Origin: SAR324 cluster bacterium REDSEA-S27_B3 | GTDB taxonomy: Bacteria > SAR324 > NAC60-12 | Reading direction: 5' to 3' | Assembly: GCA_001627865.1 (NCBI GenBank) | Contig: LUQO01000004.1 | Location: 10,384 to 74,383, forward strand | DNA: 64,000 nucleotides | Shown: piece after piece, positions 37,601 to 44,818 of the stretch | Layout of the letters: each line of letters begins with the position of its first letter | Numbering within the stretch: position 1 is the stretch's first letter | Position numbers and translations under genes: made by a program | Notes under the pieces: generated by a model | The model's input: the letters and a program-made list of their open reading frames with translations, nothing else | Databases searched by the model: none | What the model was told of the DNA's origin: nothing

Positions 37601-39442
37601 TTGAATCTCACCTATATGCTCTACCTCTTCTCCGGAAAGATATTGTTTATAGACTTCAATTGCCTGTTTAGGTTGTTTGGTCTCAAGATAAAGCGAAGCT
37701 AACCTGAGTTGGATCTCACTAACATGCTTAACCTCACCTCTGGAAAGATATTGTTCATATACTTCAATTGCCTGTTTAGGTTGTTTGGTCTCAAGATAAA
37801 GCGAAGCTAACCTGAGTTGGATCTCACCCACATGCTCTGCCTCTCCTCCAGAAAGATATTGTTTATACACCTCAATTGCCTTTTTAGGTTGTTTGGTCTC
37901 AAGATAAAGCAAAGCCAATCTGAGTTGGATCTCACCCACATGCTCGACTTCACCTCGGGAAAGATATTGTTTATAGACTTCAATTGCTTTTTTTGGCTGT
38001 TTTATTTCAATATAAAGTGAAGCTAGCCTAAGTTGGATCTCACTTACATGCTCAACGTCCCCTCCGGAAAGATACTTTTTAAATATCGCTATGGCCTTTT
38101 TTGGCTTCAGGGTTTCTATATAAAGATAACCTAACCTGTATCGTGTCTCCTTGACATGTTTTACATAATTCTCTGCAAGATATTTTTCAAAGATTGATAT
38201 TGCCTTTTCAGGCTGCCGGGTTTCTATGTAAAGATAACCTAAGCGAAAATGTATTTCATCTGCATGAGTTTTGTCACCACTGCTGATATATTTTTCAAAG
38301 CTGTCAATAGCATTTTTGGTCTGCTTTGTTTCTATGTATAAATAACCTAACTGATAAAGCACTTCATTCGCATAAGTCTTGTCCTTTGTTCCCAAATATT
38401 TTTGAAAAGCAGAAATTGTTTCATGAGGCTTACGTGTTCGCTGTAAAACACCAATTCGATAATAAGCAAGTGCCAAATGCTCATTATCTTCCTTATTAAT
38501 ATAAGACTTGTAATGTTCTACCAGCAAACTCTTGGATTTAAGATCCAATTCCTCAGTTTTTGTATGTTCAATTGCGCCGGCATAAGCCATTTCCGCCCTC
38601 CAAAAAGCAGACTCATTAGACCATTCGGAGTCTGGATGTTCATTTACGACCCTGGCATACCACCTTTCAGCATCAACATAGTTTTTAGCATTCTGAAAAC
38701 CGGCTGCTAACTGGCGTTTTAGATGAAGTACCCTGCTCTGTTCGATTGATTCAGAGTATTGAAGGTATTCATCCCATGCATCTCCAGCTTTGGTTAACTC
38801 ATCAAGGAACCACCATGCCCGACCCATTAAATACAAACGCTCCATTCGCTGCTTCTTATTTAATGACTTCGGATTTGATTTAAGGAAATGCTGTGTGGAA
38901 GCACGATATTCAGGCAAAGACTTCTTCCTGCTTTCTTTACGCAACATTTCCGCTTGAAATGAAGTTGAGTAACCCAGCCAATACTGAGCTTTATCTCTGT
39001 GGTTGGATTTGAGGAATTTAAGCAGAAACATTTTTAATGAATTTACTGATGCAGCAAATTCCTTACTTCGTGCCTGTGAAATTCCTTTCTGAAACATGAC
39101 TGTTTCAAGATATTTCTTGCTTTTTGGATAACTATCTAAAAATTCATCATAAACCTTAACTGCATTAATTAATTTGCCGCTCCTGCGCATTGATTCTGCC
39201 TGCAGAAACAACATTTCTTCCCTAGCTGAACCAACTGGAAAATCTTCGAGATAACACTTTGCCGCCTCAATTGATTCTGCAAACAATTCTGTTTCAAATG
39301 TCTCTCGTGTTATAGTCAACTGCTCTTCTTCACTAAGACCCCTGGTCCAGCACTGTGCCGCAGCTGAACCTGACAATAAAAAGAAAAATGAACTCAGCAG
39401 CAATGCTGATATGCTTCTATATTGTAATTTTGATAGAATCAT
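34601..39442 (-). CDS. Giant exported TPR/Sel1-like solenoid protein (1613 aa)
   Basis: The signal peptide is MILSKLQYRSISALLLSSFFFLLSGSAAAQ. TPR-like helical repeats run throughout, including about 18 tandem 36-aa units. It is the first gene of the five-gene operon. Confidence 0.85.
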   Translation of the reverse strand: MILSKLQYRSISALLLSSFFFLLSGSAAAQCWTRGLSEEEQLTITRETFETELFAESIEAAKCYLEDFPVGSAREEMLFLQAESMRRSGKLINAVKVYDEFLDSYPKSKKYLETVMFQKGISQARSKEFAASVNSLKMFLLKFLKSNHRDKAQYWLGYSTSFQAEMLRKESRKKSLPEYRASTQHFLKSNPKSLNKKQRMERLYLMGRAWWFLDELTKAGDAWDEYLQYSESIEQSRVLHLKRQLAAGFQNAKNYVDAERWYARVVNEHPDSEWSNESAFWRAEMAYAGAIEHTKTEELDLKSKSLLVEHYKSYINKEDNEHLALAYYRIGVLQRTRKPHETISAFQKYLGTKDKTYANEVLYQLGYLYIETKQTKNAIDSFEKYISSGDKTHADEIHFRLGYLYIETRQPEKAISIFEKYLAENYVKHVKETRYRLGYLYIETLKPKKAIAIFKKYLSGGDVEHVSEIQLRLASLYIEIKQPKKAIEVYKQYLSRGEVEHVGEIQLRLALLYLETKQPKKAIEVYKQYLSGGEAEHVGEIQLRLASLYLETKQPKQAIEVYEQYLSRGEVKHVSEIQLRLASLYLETKQPKQAIEVYKQYLSGEEVEHIGEIQLRLASLYLETKQPKQAIEVYKQYLSGEEVEHAGEIQLRLASLYLETQQPKKAIEVYVQYLAGGENKQVAEIQLRLASLYLETKQPEKAIEVFRQYLSVGENELVAEIQLRLASLYLENQQPINAIEVYEQYLSGGESEHVAEIQLKLASLYLETQQPNKAIEIYGKYLSGDVVEHKAETQLRLAYLYVETKQPQKAIEVFEKYLADGETEHKDEIQLRLASLYLETKQPDKAIEVFEKYLAEGDRMHKVETQIRLAYLYLENKQPQKAIEVFEKYLAEGGGEHTAQTLLRLGLIYIENKQPKKAIKNFEQYLASGGGEHTAETQLRLGFLYLESKQKKKAIKIFEKYLADGAGEHLADTQLRLGYLYLETKQPFLALAAFENARQAPEFQGNIDLLHTLMALYRDTASEEKYMQFLNEVKNNPKLAAGDRHEFQTQLFLEYYEQGKCDKLISELNQNPGYLKKSKNSNVEEWQHLLFLRGSCLFDKQKWEEARADFRIIREVDKYREQSIRMLLESHKQLEDWKSITWELQGVYERKSPAMTIPYYKLWIFASQRRQDFQRLERIKIIYERWKNSFPEDKQNLAQLQKYISESQLQELTRQENWAGLSSFIRTEVKAGRATLDDQRFSQLLFAEKKLDNWSGVLRAYALLRKHNREQSETLDALIDQATAAEKLGKKEISIEFYQRALKVKPLNEKEKNKQEEIKTFLAKRSFQKWIEKEEWSKVTQAIYKEVKANKRKLDDENFQFLLFAENQKSGSEKYNGILDAYALLAHYNKPKTLTLEAQIDQGYAAEKLGGYKRAKGYYRRALKKVPDENIDLVLQIVGELKRLYERTKDYNSLVYIYKRAYSALKKSTRPKKEYRAYAYLIGYHQFFNLKQTKNARIWLLRSDGGGSTSQELQAAYWVAKLDRDANKPDIALKRLKELSGRKIPKTSSLYVQTHFELGTLYHSKENWNSALMHYRLAAKARSPAKLKQIQKVAEQKAKEIAQYLKSLKASQG
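36460..38404. repeat. Intragenic tandem array, about 18 units of 108 bp (36 aa)
   Basis: The exact 108-bp period is confirmed by TCTCAAG at 37573, 37681 and 37789. The unit consensus is LRLASLYLETKQPKKAIEVYKQYLSGGExEHVxEIQ. Central units are near-identical at the DNA level and the flanks are more diverged. Confidence 0.9.
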
Positions 39443-39652
39443 TTCACTGGTAATTCTGAATAATTACAATAAACAGTTGTATTATGTTTTCATGAGTAGA
39501 AGGAAAAGCTTCTTCCCAAGTCCAATAATAAACTGAATTTTGAACAGTCATCCTGTTTTCTGGTTTTTTTGTTGCTTATTTTGTGAGTCTTCGTATCTTA
39601 GAATAACTGTGCATTATAGCGTTTCAATGCAAAAAATCCAATCCAGAAGCTG

Positions 39653-40312
39653 ATGAAAACAAGCGGTACAACCAAAATTAAAATTAAAATTTGTGGTCTG
39701 ACAAATCCAGAGCAAGCTTTGTCCTGTGCAGAACTGGGAGCAGATTTGATCGGACTCAATTGCTGGTCAGGTTCATCACGTTTCATTAATCCGGAAAAAG
39801 TCAGGGAAATTGTTAATGCACTTCCGGACTCTGTTACAACAGTTGGTGTGTTTGTAAACAAATCGCCAGAAGCAGTCAACAATTTGATGCGTGAAACAGG
39901 AATGGATTTGGCGCAATTACATGGGGATGAGTCTGTAAATCAATGTAATGAATTGGAAGTCCCATGGTTTAAAGCATTTCGTGTGTCCGCGGATTTTAAT
40001 GTGGAGCAGATTCTACAGTATGGACAAGACACGTTTTTACTCGACGCATTCAGTAAACATCACTATGGAGGTTCCGGTCGAAAAATTGACCTGGAAATTG
40101 CAGGTCAGGCTGCAGGGCTTGGCCGTCTGATTCTCGCGGGAGGTCTAACCGCGGAAAATGTTGCGGAGGCGGCAGAAAATGTGAAACCATGGGGGGTGGA
40201 TGTTTGCAGCGGAGTAGAAAGCGATCCGGGAATTAAAGATATGCGGTTAGTAGAAAAATTTATTAGCAACATTCGGAAAACTGATTTTTCCTGCATAAAA
40301 AACTTACTTTAA
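39653..40312 (+). CDS. trpF: Phosphoribosylanthranilate isomerase
   Basis: 219 aa. Supporting motifs are KIKICGLT, GADLIGL, the VGVFVN region, LAQLHGDE and LILAGGLTAENV. Confidence 0.9.
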   Translation: MKTSGTTKIKIKICGLTNPEQALSCAELGADLIGLNCWSGSSRFINPEKVREIVNALPDSVTTVGVFVNKSPEAVNNLMRETGMDLAQLHGDESVNQCNELEVPWFKAFRVSADFNVEQILQYGQDTFLLDAFSKHHYGGSGRKIDLEIAGQAAGLGRLILAGGLTAENVAEAAENVKPWGVDVCSGVESDPGIKDMRLVEKFISNIRKTDFSCIKNLL

Positions 40313-40315
40313 AGC

Positions 40316-42481
40316 ATGAACAATTCAACTTTCACAACGCAGGGTGGTGTTAAGGTCGAAAAGGCCATTACTCCGTTGGATGCAGACCATGCACTCAACA
40401 AAATATTTCAATACATCGACACCCATAAAGGTGCGCTTTTTGTCAGTAATTATGAAGTTCCTGACCGCTATTCCCGCTGGGATTTGGGATTTGTTCATCC
40501 GGCGTTGGAACTGATAGCAACAAAGCGTGAGTTTGAAATCAATGCTCTCAATCCAAATGGAACACGACTCCTTAAACTGATTGAGCCTGTTTTAAATAAT
40601 CATCCCCATCTTGAATCATTTTCTTCAGAATCTGATTCAAATCTTTCTGTGGAAAAGGTTTCCGGAACAGTTAAACAAATGCCTGAATTCTTTCTGGAAG
40701 AAGAAAGAAGCCGCCAGCCGAGTGTGTTTTCTGTGATTCGATCAATATTTGAACTTTTCCGCAGTGATGATCCCTATCTGGGTTTGTACGGAGCATTCGG
40801 GTACGACCTGGTATTTCAATTTGAAACTATTCAGGCTAAACACAAACGTGATGCTGATCAAACAGACTGTCATCTGTTTCTGCCTGTGGAAATGGTAGTT
40901 GTTGATCGACAAAAGGAAGAAGCATACAAATTAGAATATCATATTCAAACTCCGGAAGGCATGACGGAAAGCTGGTGGAACACCGGTACAGAATTCCCTG
41001 TTGCCGCAGGTAAGGCTGATGGAAAAATTCACTGCGATCACAAAAGCGGTGAATTTGAAAAGAAAGTTGCAAAAATCCAGGAAGGATGCCGACGCGGCGA
41101 TTTTTTCGAAGTGGTACTGTCTCAATCATTTTCCACAGGTTTTGATGAACAGCCCTCAAAATTATTTCAACGAATTTGTGAACAAAATCCCAGTCCATAC
41201 AGTTTCCTGATCAACATGGGTAATGAGCAGCTGGTTGGGGCTTCTCCGGAGATGTATGTGAGAGTCAAGGAAGATCGTTTTGAAACCAGTCCAATTTCCG
41301 GAACTGTTCCGGTAGGTAAAGACCCGATGGAAACAGCAGAACTCATTAAAACTCTTATTTCTTCAGAAAAAGAGGAATCAGAACTCACAATGTGTACAGA
41401 TGTGGATCGTAATGATATGGCCAGAATTTGCCTGCCGGGCAGTGTGCAATTAATTGGACGTCGTTTGCTGGAGCGCTATTCAAGACTTATTCATACAGTA
41501 GATCACCTGGAGGGCATTTTAAATGACGACAGAGACGCAGTTGATGCGATACTGACTCACATGTGGGCCTGTACCGTTACAGGCTCTCCAAAACCTGCGG
41601 CCATGCAGACAATTGAAAACATGGAGAATTCACCGCGCGGATGGTACAGCGGATGTATAGGTTTTTTATGGTTTAACGGTTTTGTCAGTACCGGAATGAC
41701 ATTACGTACAGTTCATCTTAAAAACGGATTTGCCACAGTTCGCGCGGGAGCAACACTGCTTTATGACTCATATCCGCCAACAGAGGAAAAGGAAACACAA
41801 ATAAAAGCCTCCGCGTTTTTGGCCGCGACACTCGGCAGTAAACCGCCTGCTGATGAAGAATATGATTTACCTAAATCCGGTGATGAAAAAACCGTATTGT
41901 TTGTGGATAATCACGACAGCTTTGTGCACACTCTCGCCAGTTATGTGCGTCAAACAGGAGCAAAAGTAGTCACACTGCGCTCAGGATTTCCCTACAAAAT
42001 GCTGGATGAAATTGCTCCGGATTTGCTCTTTATTTCTCCGGGCCCGGGATATCCAAGTGAACAAAATGTACCACAGCTTGTAGGCGAAGCACTTAAACGA
42101 CAAATCCCAATTTTCGGAGTTTGCCTGGGACATCAGGGAATAGCGGAACATTTTGGCGGTAAGTTGCTTACACTTGTGCATCCGGTTCATGGTAAGCCAT
42201 CCGAAATAATACACAATGAAGAATCTTTCTTTTCCGGACTGCCGAATCCTTTCAGCGCGGGCCGCTATCACAGTCTTTATGTTGAAACTGAATCACTTCC
42301 GGATTGTCTGGAAATCACAGCTAAAACTGATGATGGGGTCATAATGGCTATCCAACACAAAACCCTGCCGGTTGCTGCTGTACAATTTCATCCGGAATCT
42401 ATTCTTACTCTAAAGGACAAGTCCGGACTCCGCTTGATAAACAAAGTAATGACTGAATTGATCGGCGCTTCAGCACAGTAA
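40316..42481 (+). CDS. trpE: Anthranilate synthase, fused component I-component II (TrpE-TrpG)
   Basis: 721 aa. The N-terminal chorismate-binding domain carries SPEMYVRV, ELTMCTDVDRND and GWYSG. The C-terminal class-I glutamine amidotransferase carries GVCLGHQ and FHPES. The start lies 3 nt after the trpF stop. Confidence 0.95.
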   Translation: MNNSTFTTQGGVKVEKAITPLDADHALNKIFQYIDTHKGALFVSNYEVPDRYSRWDLGFVHPALELIATKREFEINALNPNGTRLLKLIEPVLNNHPHLESFSSESDSNLSVEKVSGTVKQMPEFFLEEERSRQPSVFSVIRSIFELFRSDDPYLGLYGAFGYDLVFQFETIQAKHKRDADQTDCHLFLPVEMVVVDRQKEEAYKLEYHIQTPEGMTESWWNTGTEFPVAAGKADGKIHCDHKSGEFEKKVAKIQEGCRRGDFFEVVLSQSFSTGFDEQPSKLFQRICEQNPSPYSFLINMGNEQLVGASPEMYVRVKEDRFETSPISGTVPVGKDPMETAELIKTLISSEKEESELTMCTDVDRNDMARICLPGSVQLIGRRLLERYSRLIHTVDHLEGILNDDRDAVDAILTHMWACTVTGSPKPAAMQTIENMENSPRGWYSGCIGFLWFNGFVSTGMTLRTVHLKNGFATVRAGATLLYDSYPPTEEKETQIKASAFLAATLGSKPPADEEYDLPKSGDEKTVLFVDNHDSFVHTLASYVRQTGAKVVTLRSGFPYKMLDEIAPDLLFISPGPGYPSEQNVPQLVGEALKRQIPIFGVCLGHQGIAEHFGGKLLTLVHPVHGKPSEIIHNEESFFSGLPNPFSAGRYHSLYVETESLPDCLEITAKTDDGVIMAIQHKTLPVAAVQFHPESILTLKDKSGLRLINKVMTELIGASAQ

Positions 42482-42495
42482 GAAGAATCAAAAGT

Positions 42496-43467
42496 ATGCA
42501 GGGAATATCACTTGAAAAAATAGAAGCTGCCTCGCGTGTTGTTTACGAGGAAATGCAGCCAACTCCTCAATATTGCTGGCCGCTGCTTTGTAAACGTTTA
42601 GGCACAGAAGTCTGGGTCAAGCATGAAAACCATACTCCGATTGGCGCTTTCAAAATTCGTGGCGGTCTGGTTTATTTCTCTCATCTAGCGCAGTCTTCTG
42701 AAAATCCAAAGGGTGTTATCAGCGCAACCAAAGGGAATCATGGACAATCTATTACTGTTGCCGCGAGTAGATACGGGATTCCCACAACCATCGTGGTCCC
42801 ACATGGCAACAGCCTTGAAAAAAATGAAGCCATGCGGGCACAGGGTGCAAAACTGATTGAGCATGGTGATGATTTTCAGACTGCACGTGAATTCGCAATA
42901 AATCTGGCCAGTGAAAAATCGCTGAAAATGATACCTTCTTTTGATCCACTGTTAGTAACAGGAGTCGCAACATATAGTCTGGAATTGCTTACTGCAGTAA
43001 AAGATCTTGATGTTGCTTATGTACCAATTGGTTTGGGTTCAGGTATTTGCGGAATGCTTGCCGTAAGGAACGCTTTAAAATTAAAGACTCAAATAGTTGG
43101 AGTTGTTTCTGCACATGCCCGAGCGTACTTGGAATCTTTCAGCAGCAGACGTGCTGTTGAATTACCGGTAAGTACTAAAATTGCTGACGGCCTGGCTTGC
43201 CGGGTTCCCGAACAGGCCGCGCTTGAACAGATATGGAACGGTGTTGAGCGGATTGTTGAGGTCACTGATAACGAAATTGCAGATGCCATACAAACATTGT
43301 ATGAATGTACTCACAATGTTTGTGAAGGTTCAGGGGCTGCAGCATACGCGGCGGCGGTTCAGGAATCGACTAAAATAAAAGGCCTAAAAGTGGCCGTCAT
43401 TGCATCCGGAGGAAATATCGATCGCGATGTATTTGCCTCCGTGCTTAAAAGGGAAGCATCCTCTTAA
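42496..43467 (+). CDS. Threonine/serine dehydratase-family PLP enzyme (PALP fold, no ACT regulatory domain)
   Basis: 323 aa. The PLP-lysine motif is GAFKIRGG. Further motifs are ATKGNHGQSITVAA and GLGSGICG. The start lies 14 nt after the trpE-G stop. Confidence 0.85.
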   Translation: MQGISLEKIEAASRVVYEEMQPTPQYCWPLLCKRLGTEVWVKHENHTPIGAFKIRGGLVYFSHLAQSSENPKGVISATKGNHGQSITVAASRYGIPTTIVVPHGNSLEKNEAMRAQGAKLIEHGDDFQTAREFAINLASEKSLKMIPSFDPLLVTGVATYSLELLTAVKDLDVAYVPIGLGSGICGMLAVRNALKLKTQIVGVVSAHARAYLESFSSRRAVELPVSTKIADGLACRVPEQAALEQIWNGVERIVEVTDNEIADAIQTLYECTHNVCEGSGAAAYAAAVQESTKIKGLKVAVIASGGNIDRDVFASVLKREASS

Positions 43468-43493
43468 AATTAACAGAAGTCCGACAATTTATT

Positions 43494-43844
43494 TCAAAGA
43501 GTGCAGCGGTATTTACCGGGAGGAAGACTGACATTTGTATTTTTATAGAGCGCAAAGGAGCGGTAGTTACTAAAATAGACAATGACTTTGTCCTGACCAA
43601 CTATCAGCAAGACCGGGGTTGATTCAGCCCAGGGCTGATGAGGAGCGGTTTCGTCAAGATAAGGTAAGCGGCAAAGGTAGCGCACTTCCAGTTCTTTTTC
43701 AGAGGGATATAAAAAGCGGGATGATCTGGAAGAATTGCAGCCGGACAAAAATGCTAATGTAATAATTAGCAGCAATACACTCCTGGTAATGTTTGCATAT
43801 TGTTGAGCCAGCAAATGATCAACATAAAACACAAACATGCGCAC
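43494..43844 (-). CDS. Small hypothetical lipoprotein
   Basis: 116 aa. The lipobox-like sequence is LAFLSG-C. No family is recognised. Confidence 0.45.
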   Translation of the reverse strand: MRMFVFYVDHLLAQQYANITRSVLLLIITLAFLSGCNSSRSSRFLYPSEKELEVRYLCRLPYLDETAPHQPWAESTPVLLIVGQDKVIVYFSNYRSFALYKNTNVSLPPGKYRCTL

Positions 43845-43859
43845 TGTTATAAATCAGGC

Positions 43860-44588
43860 TTAAGATTCAACAACTTCCTCTTCTGCCGGAAAATATAAAA
43901 TGCGTGAGCAATTAGGGCAATTTTTATGGGAATTGGGGTTTGACATCAATTCATTGATCAACTGTGGCAATAAAACCATGTAACAGCCACTGCAGCTTTT
44001 ATCTATGATTGCGCAGATAGGAGTTGAAATCCCACTTTGCTGACAACGTTCATAAAAACGCTGTATATTTTTTGGGATTTTTTTCAGCAAGCGTGTTCTG
44101 CGAGGCTCCAGCTTGGCAATTTGTTTTTCTGCTTTTTCCTGTTTTTTCAGCAATCCGGAAGTCTCCTGCTGAAATTCAGTATTAGATTCATCAAGTTTGA
44201 CGTTTATTTTTTCAATCTCTTTTTCCAGGTCTTCCGAATTTATATCCAGTTCTAGAAGTTTTTCTTCCATCACGCCCAAATCCTTGCGGGCTTCCTCTAG
44301 CTGGCTTTTACTGGCAGCAAATTCTTTTTCGTTTCGAATTTTAGGCACCTGTTCATTCAGCCGTGAAATAAGTTCTTCCTTTATTATTATATTTTTTTTC
44401 AACTCCTCACATTCATTTGCTAAAGCGTTGCGCTCATTGTATTTTTCGTCAAATGTTTTTTTGTGAAGGTTTACTACAGAACTTGCGGTATCAATTTGCT
44501 TTTCTAATTGTGACCTGGAAAAGATGAATGTTTGTAAATCACGGTCTGTATCGGCTAGATCAATTAACGGTTGTATCGATAGTGACAT
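43860..44588 (-). CDS. Coiled-coil protein with a C-terminal C4 zinc ribbon (COG1579/zf-RING_7 type)
   Basis: 242 aa. A long heptad-rich coiled coil is followed by CSGC...CPNC. Confidence 0.75.
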   Translation of the reverse strand: MSLSIQPLIDLADTDRDLQTFIFSRSQLEKQIDTASSVVNLHKKTFDEKYNERNALANECEELKKNIIIKEELISRLNEQVPKIRNEKEFAASKSQLEEARKDLGVMEEKLLELDINSEDLEKEIEKINVKLDESNTEFQQETSGLLKKQEKAEKQIAKLEPRRTRLLKKIPKNIQRFYERCQQSGISTPICAIIDKSCSGCYMVLLPQLINELMSNPNSHKNCPNCSRILYFPAEEEVVES

Positions 44589-44818
44589 GGCAGGCTATTA
44601 AAGATTTGTCTTGGCATTAATTTTTGCCTATTCAGCATCTCAAAAAACGATCATTTTCACAAGCCTAATTTGAGGTTAATTTTCTGGAGAAGTGATTTTG
44701 GAAGGTGAAGATATTGCAAAATGATGGCTAAACTATCCCTGCTTCTTCAGAAAAGCAAAGATAACAATTCATCATTTTATAAGGAGTCAGGAATAATCTG
44801 AATGAAAAAAGTTGCTGC

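Noticed and set aside
36460-38404. Regular 108-bp periodicity as a CRISPR-like array
   Set aside because: There is no repeat-spacer alternation, because whole units are homologous. The array lies entirely within one long open frame that encodes TPR-like helices.
39443-39652. trp leader peptide/attenuator upstream of trpF
   Set aside because: No short ORF with tandem Trp codons and no alternative terminator/antiterminator hairpins could be found.
39598-39882. 94-aa minus-strand ORF overlapping the trpF start
   Set aside because: It is antisense to trpF and would sit in the divergent promoter region. It has no supporting features.
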